A stretch of DNA of 64,000 nucleotides, taken from NCBI GenBank assembly GCA_964583625.1, contig CAZOVA010000003.1:5038-69037 (forward strand), read 5' to 3'. Origin of the DNA: an uncultured Pseudomonadales bacterium. Lineage in GTDB: Bacteria > Patescibacteriota > Microgenomatia > UBA1400 > PJMF01. The translations under genes and the position numbers were made by a program. Below, piece after piece: positions 9,932 to 20,311 of this stretch (the stretch's first letter is position 1; every line of letters begins with the position of its first letter). The notes beneath the pieces are model-generated. The model ran no database searches, had not been told where the DNA came from, and worked only from the letters and a program-made list of their open reading frames with translations.

Positions 9932-11169
9932 AAATAAAAGCTTTTATTTATAAAATCAAAAGCCTCTATCATCTCTTCAAAACAGGCATTGGGGAGGGTT
10001 TTCTCTCTCAGTTAATTTATGGTTTTCCTGAAAAAAAATTAAAAATTTTAGCTCTTACTGGGACCGATGGAAAAACCACCACTAGCACCTTGGTCTATCA
10101 TCTTTTGAAAAAGAATGGCTATAATGTAGCTTTGATTTCTACAGTTGCTGCCTTTATTGGTGAGGAGAAAATTGAAACTGGCTTTCATGTGACCTCGCCT
10201 GCTCCAAAAGCTCTTTACCGTTTATTACGGCAGATGGTTAAACAAAAAGTGGAATATTTAGTTTTGGAGATTACCTCACAAGGAGCTTACCAGTATCGCA
10301 ATTGGGGACTTAAACCACTCATCACTGGCTTGACTAATATTGATTTTGAGCACCTTGATTATCATTTGAATCAGGAAAATTATTTACAAGCAAAAATGAA
10401 GGTGCTCAATAGTGCTAAAACTGCTGTTGTCAATGAAGAAATGGAGATTTTTCCCCGTTTGAAAAAGAGTTTGAAAGAAAATATCAAGCTTATTACTTTT
10501 AGTCGCAAAACTCGCTTTAGCGCTCTTTTGGAAAAAGCTATTCGAGAAAAATTTGCCGAAGATTATAATCGTCTCAATGCTTATTTGGCTATTACTATGT
10601 TGAAACAACTTTCGCTTAATGATAAAGATTTGGCGCAAGCTTTGGAATCTTTTCAACTGCCAGAAGGCAGAATGGAATTTGTCCCCACCGGTTTACCTTT
10701 TTCAGTAATTGTTGATTTTGCTCATACACCTCAGGCCCTGCAAGCAGCTTTGAGCAATATCCGACGCAATTATCTCCCCAAAGGAGCCAAGCTAATTAGT
10801 TTGGCTGGTTGTGCTGGTTTGCGCGATCATCTCAAAAGACCAGCTATGGGTCAAATTTTGGCTAAGTTTTCGGACAGAGCGATCTTTACTGCTGAAGATC
10901 CACGAACTGAGAATATTTGGGCCATTATTAATCAAATGAAAGAAAATCTCGGACATCATCACCACAAAGTGATCTCTATTCCTCATCGAGAAGCGGCCCT
11001 CCGTTTTGCTCTGGAACATTATGGTAAAGATCAAAATTTGATCGCTATTTTTGGTAAGGGACATGAACAAAGCATGTGTTATGACGGCAAAACTGAAACT
11101 CCTTGGAATGATATTGTCGCTGCCAAAGCAATGATTAAAGAATTAAAAAAGAATGCTGATAAAAAATAA
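9928..11169 (+). CDS. murE: UDP-MurNAc-tripeptide synthetase
   Basis: TGTDGKTT, EHLDYH, VDFAHTP, EDPR, GKGHE. Confidence 0.9.
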   Translation: MKIKAFIYKIKSLYHLFKTGIGEGFLSQLIYGFPEKKLKILALTGTDGKTTTSTLVYHLLKKNGYNVALISTVAAFIGEEKIETGFHVTSPAPKALYRLLRQMVKQKVEYLVLEITSQGAYQYRNWGLKPLITGLTNIDFEHLDYHLNQENYLQAKMKVLNSAKTAVVNEEMEIFPRLKKSLKENIKLITFSRKTRFSALLEKAIREKFAEDYNRLNAYLAITMLKQLSLNDKDLAQALESFQLPEGRMEFVPTGLPFSVIVDFAHTPQALQAALSNIRRNYLPKGAKLISLAGCAGLRDHLKRPAMGQILAKFSDRAIFTAEDPRTENIWAIINQMKENLGHHHHKVISIPHREAALRFALEHYGKDQNLIAIFGKGHEQSMCYDGKTETPWNDIVAAKAMIKELKKNADKK

Positions 11170-12568
11170 TTTTTATTTGGTAGGAATCAAAGGGGTAGCC
11201 ATGACGGCTTTGGCTTGCGCTCTTAATGATTTGGGAAAAAATATTGCTGGAAGTGATGTTGAAGAAGATTTTGTGACCAAAAAAGTGCTCGATAGTCTTC
11301 ATTTGCTAGTGGAGAGTGGCTTCACTCACTCTTTGCCAGAAGAAACTGAAGTGGTAATTTTTTCTGGCGCCAATGGCGGGTCACAAAACCCTCAAGTTTT
11401 AGAAGCGAAGAAAAAAGGACTTTTAGTTCTTTCTCAGGCCAGAGCCCAAGCTGAACTTTTCAATCAAAAACAAGGAGTAGCTGTTTGTGGCGTGGGAGGC
11501 AAATCTTCGGTTAGCGCCATGTTAGCCTATATTTGGGAAAAGTCGACGCCACAAAGCTATTTAGTCGGAGTAGGGGAAATTGTTGGCTTGGATAAGACAG
11601 GACAATTTTTACCAGCTAGCCCTTATTTTTTTGCTGAAGCTGATGAATATGTGGAAGATCCCGCTACCCTCGACCCGCGTCACATTATTCCTCGTTTTAG
11701 TTTCTTAAAACCGCAAATTATTATTGCCAATAGCCTTCGTTTTGATCACCCTGACGCCTATCGTGATTTTGAGCATACCAAAGAAGTCTTTTTAAATTTT
11801 TTTCGTCAGTTACCTTCAACTGGAGCTCTGGTCTATAATGCCGATGATGTTAATTTAACTCTTCTCGCTCAAACTCTAATTAAAGAAAAACCCGCTCTTA
11901 AATTACTTAGTTTCGGAGAGAGTGAGGTAAGTGACTTTCGCTTGCTAGATTATCAACTACCTGCAGATCAAGATCAGGCAGTAGTGACTATTAAAACTCC
12001 AACAAAAGAACATTTTACCTTCAATCTGTCTTTGCCTGGTCAGTTTAATGCTCTTAATGCCTTAGCCACATTAGTGGCAAGCTCTATTTTAGGTATGACA
12101 GAGGCCGATTTTGGCCAACTGATTACAGGTTATCGCTCCGTTGCTCGGCGTTTGGAGTTCAAAGGAGTGCGTCATGGACTATTATGTTATGACGATTATG
12201 CTCATCATCCAGAAGAAGTGGCCGCTGTCATCAAAGCTTTGAAAACTTGGCATCCAGATAAAAAAATTATCACCGCCTTCCAGTCTCACACTTTTTCTCG
12301 CACCAAGAAACTCTTTCCCAGTTTTGTACAAGCTTTTGCTTTAGCTGATGAGGTTTTAATGATTGATATTTTTCCCTCGGCTCGAGAAGCTTTTGATCAG
12401 ACTATTAATTCCACGATGCTCTGTCAAGCAATTGAAGAAACTTTTCCTGGTAAAAAAGCCCTCAATGTTGGCACAATCTCTGCCCTAAAGGAAGTTTTAG
12501 CTCAAATTCAGACCAATGATGTTTTTGTCACTATTGGAGCCGGAAATATTTATCAAGTCTATGATTAA
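11153..12568 (+). CDS. murC: UDP-MurNAc-L-alanine ligase
   Basis: GIKGVAM, EADEY, FDHPD, DDYAHHP, FQSH, GAGNI. Confidence 0.9.
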   Translation: MLIKNNFYLVGIKGVAMTALACALNDLGKNIAGSDVEEDFVTKKVLDSLHLLVESGFTHSLPEETEVVIFSGANGGSQNPQVLEAKKKGLLVLSQARAQAELFNQKQGVAVCGVGGKSSVSAMLAYIWEKSTPQSYLVGVGEIVGLDKTGQFLPASPYFFAEADEYVEDPATLDPRHIIPRFSFLKPQIIIANSLRFDHPDAYRDFEHTKEVFLNFFRQLPSTGALVYNADDVNLTLLAQTLIKEKPALKLLSFGESEVSDFRLLDYQLPADQDQAVVTIKTPTKEHFTFNLSLPGQFNALNALATLVASSILGMTEADFGQLITGYRSVARRLEFKGVRHGLLCYDDYAHHPEEVAAVIKALKTWHPDKKIITAFQSHTFSRTKKLFPSFVQAFALADEVLMIDIFPSAREAFDQTINSTMLCQAIEETFPGKKALNVGTISALKEVLAQIQTNDVFVTIGAGNIYQVYD

Positions 12569-12580
12569 TTTTTTTAAAAA

Positions 12581-13468
12581 TTAATTATTTAGTAAAGCGT
12601 AAATAAACCCATCGCCCAAGGGCAAATCTTCAGTTAAAGAAAAGACTGACCAGCTTTGATTGTCCCAAACAGCAACTTTATTTATCTCTGTCGCTGCTTG
12701 AAATTGCACTCTAGCTGTTTGTTTGACTGGAGCTTGAGTAAAATTAATTTGATAGGCGACAGCTTTAGTGCCATTGTCTTTTCCTCCATCAGGCACCAGT
12801 AAAACTTCTCCTGGCAAGTCTTTTGGTAGACCGATAACCTCCATTAGAAGATAATCTTTTGTTTTACTCAAACCGTCGGCAGTCAGGCTAAAGGCTTCAT
12901 CTTTAGTTGTACTAGTAGCATTACCATTCTCAAAATAAGTCCAATTGGTGGCAAAGGAAAATTTTTGCTCGCCTTCAAAATTCAGAATTAAGGTCCCATC
13001 TGAAACATTATTATTTACACAAGCTCCACCCGCACTACAAGTACCAAAACGATTCTCAGTTTTGGTTGGCAATTGTTTAAGATCTAATTCACCAATAAAA
13101 CCTTGAGTGCCTTCACCCTCGCCCTCAGGCACTTTGACTTTAACACCACTAGCACTGACCGCGCTTGCCCCAATGACTTGGTAAATAATTTCATACTCAG
13201 CGGTTTGCGCTTTTTCTCTTAATTCAGTGAGATTAATATTGACAAATCTCCCCCCATTTTTATTAAAGGGTTTAAGAGACACCAAAGGCCTCTTATCTAG
13301 ATCAAGAATATTAATCGGAGCACTAATTCTTTTCTTTTTGACGATGGGTGCTTCTGTTGGTGGTGCAGTTTCTTTTTGTCTTTTGTTGATAAAAATTACG
13401 CCTGCCACTATCATGACTAGAGCTAAAAGAGACAAAATAATAATTTTGCTTGTTTTTTTATTTTTCAT
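12581..13468 (-). CDS. Membrane-anchored exported hypothetical protein
   Basis: N-terminal TM and GTCSAGGAC; start 13468 follows TGnTAGAAT. Confidence 0.75.
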   Translation of the reverse strand: MKNKKTSKIIILSLLALVMIVAGVIFINKRQKETAPPTEAPIVKKKRISAPINILDLDKRPLVSLKPFNKNGGRFVNINLTELREKAQTAEYEIIYQVIGASAVSASGVKVKVPEGEGEGTQGFIGELDLKQLPTKTENRFGTCSAGGACVNNNVSDGTLILNFEGEQKFSFATNWTYFENGNATSTTKDEAFSLTADGLSKTKDYLLMEVIGLPKDLPGEVLLVPDGGKDNGTKAVAYQINFTQAPVKQTARVQFQAATEINKVAVWDNQSWSVFSLTEDLPLGDGFIYALLNN

Positions 13469-13538
13469 GCTCAACATTCTATCACATTTTTTAAGCAAAA
13501 AGTGCATGATTGAAACCTATTTTTACGACTAAAAGATT

Positions 13539-15218
13539 GTGAAGAAGCAAAAATTGGAGCAACTAGCTGAGCAATTACGGCAACAAATTATCCAGACTTG
13601 CGAAACTAATGGTGGCCATTTAGGCGGGAGTTTGGGAGTGGTAGAGCTGACCATTGCTTTACATCAAGTTTTTCAATCACCAGTTGATAAATTTATTTTT
13701 GATGTCGGTCACCAGGCCTATGCGCACAAACTTTTAACCAATCGAAAAAAAGAATTTTCTTCTTTAAGAAAAAAAGACGGCCTATCAGGGTTTATGTCTC
13801 CAGCGGAATCCAAACATGATCCTTGCATTACAGGTCATGCTGGCAACTCTTTATCTCTAGCCTTAGGTTTAAGTTTCCGTGGTGACGATCATTGGACGAT
13901 TGCTATTATTGGTGACGGCTCTTTTCTCAATGGCATGGCTGTAGAGGCTTTAAACCATTTAGCCAATACCAAGCAAAAAATATTAATTATTATTAATGAC
14001 AATCAATATTCAATTGATCCTTGTGTGGGAAAAATTGCTCAGAGTCAGGCTTATGCTCAGTTTTGTCAAAGTTTTTCCCTGCCGTATACTGGCCCCTTAG
14101 ACGGTCATGATATTCCTCTTTTGCTAAAAACTTTTACTCAATTAAAAAAACAAGCTGGTCCTCAAGTTTTACACTTGAAAACTAAAAAAGGTTATGGTGA
14201 TCAGCAGGCCATGCGTGATCCAACCACTCATCATTTTCGTTCTCCAAGTACTTCTGCGGGAGAAAAAAAACTCAAACTTCAAGATTTAGTCGGCCAAACT
14301 CTCAGTCAGATGGCAATAACTGATAATCGTTTGTCTGTTATTACTCCGGCTATGACTCAAGGAGGCGGATTGAGTCATTTCGCTCAGCAATTTCCCAAGA
14401 GATTTTTTGATGTCGGTATCGCTGAAAGTCATGCTTTAGCCTTTGGGGCTGGTTTAGCCGCGGCTGGAGAAAAACCCTTTTGCCATTTTTACGCCACCTT
14501 TTTGCAAAGAGCCTTTGATCAATTAATGCATGATGTAGCCATTTATCCTCTTCCCTTAACTCTCCTAATTGATCGTTGCGGTTTGGTGGGAGAAGATGGG
14601 GTTACTCATCAAGGATATTTTGCCCTATCTTATTTAAATCAAGTGCCAAACTTACAAATTATTTTGCCTGGAAGCGCAGCGGAAATTGTCAGTAGTTTGC
14701 AATTTGCTCAAAAAAGTGCTTATCCTGTCGCTATCCTTTATCCTAAAATTAGTTTACCTCTGCCTTTGGATTTAATAAATGCCGATACCAGTTTGTCGCC
14801 CCAAGTTTTGCGTTTGGGTAAAACCAATCACTTAGCAGTTCTAACAACTGGCTTTACTCGACCGACAATCGCATCTTTGCCTGATAAACTCAATTTTACT
14901 CACTATCATTTACCGCTTATCAAGCCCCTACCTCAAGAATTTTTGCAGAATATTATTAATCGTCATCAAAGGCTGATCGTCGTTGAAGAAAATAGTCATT
15001 TAGGAGGTTTTGGTCAACAATTAGCTGATTTAATTGCTAGTCGTCGGACTTTTTCCAAACCTCTTTTAACTATTCGCGCCATTAGCGACAGTTTCATTTC
15101 TCATGCCAGTCGTGAGGAGCAATTGCAACTAGTAGGACTTGACCGAGAGAGTTTGGTCACCCTGATCGAAGCTCACTTGCCCGCGGACGCTCACGCTCAT
15201 CTAGCCCTAATTACTTAA
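13539..15218 (+). CDS. dxs: 1-deoxy-D-xylulose-5-phosphate synthase
   Basis: GGHLGGSLGVVELT, FDVGHQAY, GDGS...NDN TPP motif, YATFLQRAFDQ, GEDGVTHQG. Confidence 0.92.
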   Translation: MKKQKLEQLAEQLRQQIIQTCETNGGHLGGSLGVVELTIALHQVFQSPVDKFIFDVGHQAYAHKLLTNRKKEFSSLRKKDGLSGFMSPAESKHDPCITGHAGNSLSLALGLSFRGDDHWTIAIIGDGSFLNGMAVEALNHLANTKQKILIIINDNQYSIDPCVGKIAQSQAYAQFCQSFSLPYTGPLDGHDIPLLLKTFTQLKKQAGPQVLHLKTKKGYGDQQAMRDPTTHHFRSPSTSAGEKKLKLQDLVGQTLSQMAITDNRLSVITPAMTQGGGLSHFAQQFPKRFFDVGIAESHALAFGAGLAAAGEKPFCHFYATFLQRAFDQLMHDVAIYPLPLTLLIDRCGLVGEDGVTHQGYFALSYLNQVPNLQIILPGSAAEIVSSLQFAQKSAYPVAILYPKISLPLPLDLINADTSLSPQVLRLGKTNHLAVLTTGFTRPTIASLPDKLNFTHYHLPLIKPLPQEFLQNIINRHQRLIVVEENSHLGGFGQQLADLIASRRTFSKPLLTIRAISDSFISHASREEQLQLVGLDRESLVTLIEAHLPADAHAHLALIT

Positions 15219-15269
15219 TTTTCCTCCCTTTCGCTCTAGTTTTTGGGCTATAATGATTTACTTGACTAT

Positions 15270-17075
15270 ATGAAATTCAAAGATCTAGCTCTCAAACTGA
15301 AAGAAATAGAAAAACATAGTTCTCGGCTGACAATCACCAATCTTTTGGCACAATTGTGGCAAGCGGTTGATTTGGCGGAGAGCAATCTTGTAGCCAATTT
15401 AATTCAAGGTCAATTACAACCAGCCTATGATTCTTTGCCTTTTTCTTTATCAGAGAAAATGATTGCTCGAGCTTTAGTTAAATTAGTGATTCAGAACGGT
15501 GGTTTACCAGGTAATGGCTTGAGTGTCGATATTTTTGGACAGGCTGATGAAGCCAGCGTTTTAAGTCAGGTTCGCCAAAAACAAAGACAGACTGGTGATT
15601 GGGGAGAAACTAGTTTGGCTTTGGCTCGTGATCTAAACTTAAACAAGGAGCAAGATCTTAGCGTGACTGAAGTTTATCAGATTCTCAAGAAAATTGCCCT
15701 CGCTAGTGGACCAGGTTCTCAAGAAGAAAAATTGAACTTATTAGTTTCTTTATGGCAAAATTTGGATCAAGAAAGTATTAAAGGCGTGACGAGAATAGTC
15801 TTGGGAAAATTACGCTTGGGTTTTTCCCTGATGACTATCATTGATAGTTTGTCTTGGGTGGGAACAGGGAGTAAAAGTGAAAGCTCAGCTCTTGAAGAAA
15901 TTTATCAACAAAAAGCCGACATTGGTCTTTTAACTCAATCTTATTTAAGTCTATTAAATTTAACCTCTCAAGAGAGATTAGCTCAACTAAAAGCTGACTA
16001 TCAAGTGCAAATTGGCATTCCTTTGGTTCCAGCTTTGTGTCAACGTCTCAATTCTAGTAATGAAATTATTGAGAAAATGTCTGCCGTTATTGCCGAGCCT
16101 AAATATGACGGTATGAGAGTACAAATTCATATTCAAAAGGGGCCTTTGGGGGTTAAGGTAAAAGCTTTTACTCGAAGCTTAGATGATGTCTCAGCTATGT
16201 TTCCTGAGTTACTCACTTTGAGCGAACACTTAGATCTTAAAAGCGCCATTTTTGACTCTGAAGCAATCGGTTTTGATAAAAATGATGGACGATTATTGCC
16301 TTTTCAAGCGACCATGACTCGAAGAAGAAAACATGAGATTAAGGCTAAATCACAAGAACTGCCAATGAAATTTTTTATCTTTGATATTCTTTATTTGGAC
16401 GGTCAGAGCTTGATTAATTTACCTTTATTGGCAAGAAAAGAGCTTCTCTCCAAGAAAGTTTCTGCTGATACGCCCACAGCCATTATTGCTCCTTATATTC
16501 AAACGACTGATCCCCAAGTCTTGCATCACTATCATCAACAGCAACTTAATCAAGGTTTAGAGGGAATGGTGGCTAAACAAATCAACTCTTTTTATCAAAG
16601 TGGGCGCAAAGGTTTCAACTGGGTAAAAATTAAGGAAGAGGAGGGGAGAAGAGGTAAACTCAATGACACTTTGGATTTGGTGGTTATGGGCTATTATTTT
16701 GGCAAAGGCAAACGTCATCAGTTTGGTTTGGGAGCCTTTTTAGTTGGTTTGCCAGGACCAGAAGGGAAAATTTTATCTTTGACCAAAATTGGCACAGGTT
16801 TGAGTGATGAGCAATTTCGACAATTGTACCAAAAGAGTCAACCTTTGATTAGCCAGACCAAACCCGCTTCCTATCAAGTAAATAAAATCATTTTTCCTGA
16901 TGTTTGGCTAGAGCCCAACATTATTGCCGAAATTGCCGCTGATGAAATCACCAAGTCAAGTTTTCATACTAGTGGCTATGGTTTGCGTTTTCCTCGCTTA
17001 ATTCGCTGGCGCGAAGATAAAAACCTTGCTCAAGCGACCGACTTGAAACAACTAGCGCAAATTAAAATTGTTTAA
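15270..17075 (+). CDS. lig: ATP-dependent DNA ligase
   Basis: EPKYDG adenylation motif, EGMVAK, WVKIK, LRFPR. Confidence 0.93.
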   Translation: MKFKDLALKLKEIEKHSSRLTITNLLAQLWQAVDLAESNLVANLIQGQLQPAYDSLPFSLSEKMIARALVKLVIQNGGLPGNGLSVDIFGQADEASVLSQVRQKQRQTGDWGETSLALARDLNLNKEQDLSVTEVYQILKKIALASGPGSQEEKLNLLVSLWQNLDQESIKGVTRIVLGKLRLGFSLMTIIDSLSWVGTGSKSESSALEEIYQQKADIGLLTQSYLSLLNLTSQERLAQLKADYQVQIGIPLVPALCQRLNSSNEIIEKMSAVIAEPKYDGMRVQIHIQKGPLGVKVKAFTRSLDDVSAMFPELLTLSEHLDLKSAIFDSEAIGFDKNDGRLLPFQATMTRRRKHEIKAKSQELPMKFFIFDILYLDGQSLINLPLLARKELLSKKVSADTPTAIIAPYIQTTDPQVLHHYHQQQLNQGLEGMVAKQINSFYQSGRKGFNWVKIKEEEGRRGKLNDTLDLVVMGYYFGKGKRHQFGLGAFLVGLPGPEGKILSLTKIGTGLSDEQFRQLYQKSQPLISQTKPASYQVNKIIFPDVWLEPNIIAEIAADEITKSSFHTSGYGLRFPRLIRWREDKNLAQATDLKQLAQIKIV

Positions 17076-17893
17076 GGCTTGAGTATCTTCTTAAGATAAG
17101 AATGTTGCTCTTCTTTTTCCGCATCATAACTTTGACCTCCAAGCATTTTATAGCCAAAATCACTTTTGGTAAATTCATGACCAAAAAGATAGTTCATCTG
17201 CATCAAAAAAGCTGAACGAGCGGTTTGAAACAAGCCCTTACTTTTTACCCTTCTCATAGAAAAAGCAAAAGTAGGATCGGAAAAAAGTTTAAATTTAAAA
17301 CCTAATTTTTTAGCTTTTTTTACCAGTAAAGAATCCTCCATCACTTTACTTTTTTCATTAAATTTTATTTGAGGAAAAATTTTTTTGCGAACACCGATAA
17401 GGGCTCCAAAAGCCAGAGGTTGATTGGTTTTATCTCGGCTCAGTAAAAAAAGATTAATTCCATAAGCAATAGTATGAAAAAACTTATTTTTTTGATCAGT
17501 TTTATTCAAATGAATGAGAGTAGAGAAGAGGTCAACTTCTTTTTGATATTTATTCAATTGATAAACAATACCTTGGAGAAAAAAATGAGGCAAACGGTTG
17601 TCAGCGTCCATAAAAATCAACCACTCCCCTCTTGCTAATTGAGCGCCAAAGTTTCTCTGATAAGAAACTTGTTTCTTCTTAACTTGTTGGAAAATAATTT
17701 TCTCTTGGGAATATTTTTTTTGAAATTCTAGAACTTTTTTTTTAGTTTGATCCTGACTATCGGCATCAATAATAATAATTTCGAAATCTTGCTCACTTTG
17801 ACGATCAAGATCAGCGAGTAAAAGGGGTAAAACCCTTTCCTCATTGAGAGTGGGAATAATAATGCTTAAATTAGGAGACAGAGGTTTTTTCAT
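17072..17893 (-). CDS. Glycosyltransferase family 2
   Basis: SIIIPTLNEE, FMDAD, ED motif. Confidence 0.88.
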   Translation of the reverse strand: MKKPLSPNLSIIIPTLNEERVLPLLLADLDRQSEQDFEIIIIDADSQDQTKKKVLEFQKKYSQEKIIFQQVKKKQVSYQRNFGAQLARGEWLIFMDADNRLPHFFLQGIVYQLNKYQKEVDLFSTLIHLNKTDQKNKFFHTIAYGINLFLLSRDKTNQPLAFGALIGVRKKIFPQIKFNEKSKVMEDSLLVKKAKKLGFKFKLFSDPTFAFSMRRVKSKGLFQTARSAFLMQMNYLFGHEFTKSDFGYKMLGGQSYDAEKEEQHSYLKKILKP

Positions 17894-17927
17894 TACAAAT
17901 CTCTGACATTATAACATCTAAATGAAC

Positions 17928-18836
17928 CTAATAACTCAAAAGTCCCTGTTTAGCGCCTAAAAACTTAATAACGTTATTGGAGTTGTTCTTGCCCGCTTCG
18001 ATGGCTTCATCTAGCTGACAGTTATAAAGGAGAGTACTGACAAAGGCACTAGCAAAAGCATCACCAGCTCCAGTCGCTTCATAGGCAGCTCCCTCTTCTT
18101 TTGGTCGAAAATCGGTATATTTTTTACCTTGAAAATACACCCACCCCCCCTCCCCGCCATTGGTGACCACGACATAGGGGAAGTTGGCCAAAACTTGGGT
18201 CTGTTTTTCGACAATCATTGCCCATTCTTCTTTATTGACGAAAAAAACACCTTTATTCGGTTTAGGTAGATCCAATTGATTATCTGCTAGAAGTTGTAGC
18301 TCACTTTTCCCTGGGTTCCAAGACAAGCCAACCTTGCTTTTAGGGAAGAGTTTAAAAATTTCTTTGAGCACATGAAGATTGCCTCCCGTACTAGTTAGAT
18401 GAAGCCAATTTCTACTCTTCAAATAATCAAGGGGAATATCAAAATCATCTAACTTAGCCGAAGCAGCTCGACTTACTAAAACGGTTCGTCCGCCATCATC
18501 TCCTCTCAAAATAACGCTACAGCCAGTTTGCTCATGATGTTCAAGAATCATTTTACTGGTATCGACTTTTTCTCTAATTAATTCATGCCTGATGATTTGA
18601 GAAAAATGATCTCTCCCCAATTCGGCAATAATGCTCACATCGTGACCACGGCGAGCAAAAGCGACAGCTGTATTACTCGCTCCCCCTCCAGTAGCCAGCA
18701 GGTAATCGGCAATTTCAATTTTATGACCGTATTTTTGACAAAGTAATAAGCCGTCAGGGCTATTTTTCAAAGAAAAATCCGCCGACATAAAAAATAAATC
18801 GACCAAAGCAGCTCCGATGCAAGTTATTTTTTTCAC
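17928..18836 (-). CDS. PfkB/ribokinase-family carbohydrate kinase
   Basis: GGGASNTA, NKEE, ATGAGDAF. Confidence 0.88.
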   Translation of the reverse strand: MKKITCIGAALVDLFFMSADFSLKNSPDGLLLCQKYGHKIEIADYLLATGGGASNTAVAFARRGHDVSIIAELGRDHFSQIIRHELIREKVDTSKMILEHHEQTGCSVILRGDDGGRTVLVSRAASAKLDDFDIPLDYLKSRNWLHLTSTGGNLHVLKEIFKLFPKSKVGLSWNPGKSELQLLADNQLDLPKPNKGVFFVNKEEWAMIVEKQTQVLANFPYVVVTNGGEGGWVYFQGKKYTDFRPKEEGAAYEATGAGDAFASAFVSTLLYNCQLDEAIEAGKNNSNNVIKFLGAKQGLLSY

Positions 18837-19495
18837 TTTTTTTCCTGCTCCTCTCTTAAAACCTGTAGCTCTCTCTCTAAACCTTCAATAACAGCTAGTA
18901 GTTGCTCCTTATTTTCCACAATGCGATAAATATTTCGCTCCTTTTCTCCCACTAAAAAATTGGCATTAATTGCTTCCATAACATCAAACCAGAAACTGCC
19001 ATAAAGGACTATCGGCTTATGGCGGCCATAATACAAATGACCCACCAGCCAAGCTGTGGCCCACTCACTCAAGGTTCCAGTTCCGCCACGAAAGCAAACA
19101 AAAATGTCGGCTTGAGAGAGTAAACCAAAAAGTCTTTCAATATAATTTTGCGTTTTGATTTCTAAAGTCAGGTGGTTATTTGGTGATTGCCCCTCAAACT
19201 CTAGCAAATCATCATCCAAAGGATGAAGAGTGACCCCAATGGTCTTACCACCAACCGCTTCAGCCCCCTCAGTTGAGGCCTGCATAATTCCTGGTCCGCC
19301 ACCATTAATAATAATTTTTCCTCTTTCTGCCAAAAGCTTGGCGCATTCAAACGCCTCACGATAAATCCGACTTTCACTAGAGACATCAGCACTGCCAAAA
19401 AAAGCCACCCGGCTAATTAGCCAATCGGTTTTTAATCCAGGAACATGGACTTCTACCTGGCGTTTGAAATCATCACTCGTCATCATATTTTTCAC
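18833..19495 (-). CDS. LOG family protein
   Basis: FFGSA, GGGPGIM, GGTGTLSE. Confidence 0.85.
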   Translation of the reverse strand: MKNMMTSDDFKRQVEVHVPGLKTDWLISRVAFFGSADVSSESRIYREAFECAKLLAERGKIIINGGGPGIMQASTEGAEAVGGKTIGVTLHPLDDDLLEFEGQSPNNHLTLEIKTQNYIERLFGLLSQADIFVCFRGGTGTLSEWATAWLVGHLYYGRHKPIVLYGSFWFDVMEAINANFLVGEKERNIYRIVENKEQLLAVIEGLERELQVLREEQEKK

Positions 19496-19540
19496 TGTTC
19501 ATTATCTAATATAAGTTAATGCTTGTCAAACCTCTTTCAC

Positions 19541-19737
19541 TTGACAAAAGACCTATAATATGTTATAATGAAGTCGTTATTTTCAGCTTTTACTCTTGAA
19601 TAATTAAGCTTAGACAGGCAGTGAAAGTTTGGAAAAACAAAGCTCTTTGAGAAATTTCACCCAAGTTTTTTATAAAACTTAGGGCTTAAGATAAATATTT
19701 TTTCAATTTAATAAAGACATGCGGAGGAAATGGAAAA
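19541..19737 (+). promoter_or_regulatory. Promoter and structured leader with boxA-like site and SD (ORFan unit B)
   Basis: TTGACA-17-TATAAT (19541-19569), hairpin ~19580-19636, GCTCTTTGAGAAAT at 19642, GGAGG at 19723. Confidence 0.75.
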
Positions 19738-20244
19738 ATGAAAGCATCGGAAAAAGTTGTTTGGTTAATCGACAACCTGGAATTAGAGCAGATCAAGCCG
19801 AGCTCTTTGGTTCTCTCACTTCATTTAATGGCAGAGACAGTGGGTAATGACTATGATTGGCCAACTCAGGGCAGACTCCCGATAGAAAAATTGGCAATTC
19901 TAAAAACCATGATTGATTTTTACCCTCTTCGCCAAAGAACAAGTAATCATCAGTTTGAAGCCGCCTGTCATCAAGTCTGTCTGTGGTTAACGAATCAGAC
20001 AGAGATGGAAGAAGTTAACAGTAAGCAAATTGGCTGGTGGCAAGTCGTAGTCGCTTGTATCTATCTCCCCCTGAATGCTCTCTGGCATCGTTTACCTGTC
20101 ATCTTTAAATTCCTGTTCCAATTATTCCTTGTCTTGTTTATGGTTTGGCTATTTATGATCCTCTTCAGGATGCTGGGAGCCCTTTACGGCCGCTGGCCGC
20201 TGGGTTGGAAAGAAATTTTCAACCCTTTTTATAGTCTTGGATGA
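19738..20244 (+). CDS. Hypothetical protein with C-terminal TM helices
   Basis: 168-aa ORF with SD and its own terminator. Confidence 0.75.
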   Translation: MKASEKVVWLIDNLELEQIKPSSLVLSLHLMAETVGNDYDWPTQGRLPIEKLAILKTMIDFYPLRQRTSNHQFEAACHQVCLWLTNQTEMEEVNSKQIGWWQVVVACIYLPLNALWHRLPVIFKFLFQLFLVLFMVWLFMILFRMLGALYGRWPLGWKEIFNPFYSLG

Positions 20245-20258
20245 GTTCCAAAGAGACC

Positions 20259-20290
20259 AAAACCTCAGCCTAAAAACTGAGGTTTTTTTA
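20259..20290 (+). terminator. Rho-independent terminator
   Basis: AAAACCTCAG-cctaaaaa-CTGAGGTTTT plus T tract. Confidence 0.85.
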
Positions 20291-20311
20291 TAATTATTTT
20301 TTCCTTATATC

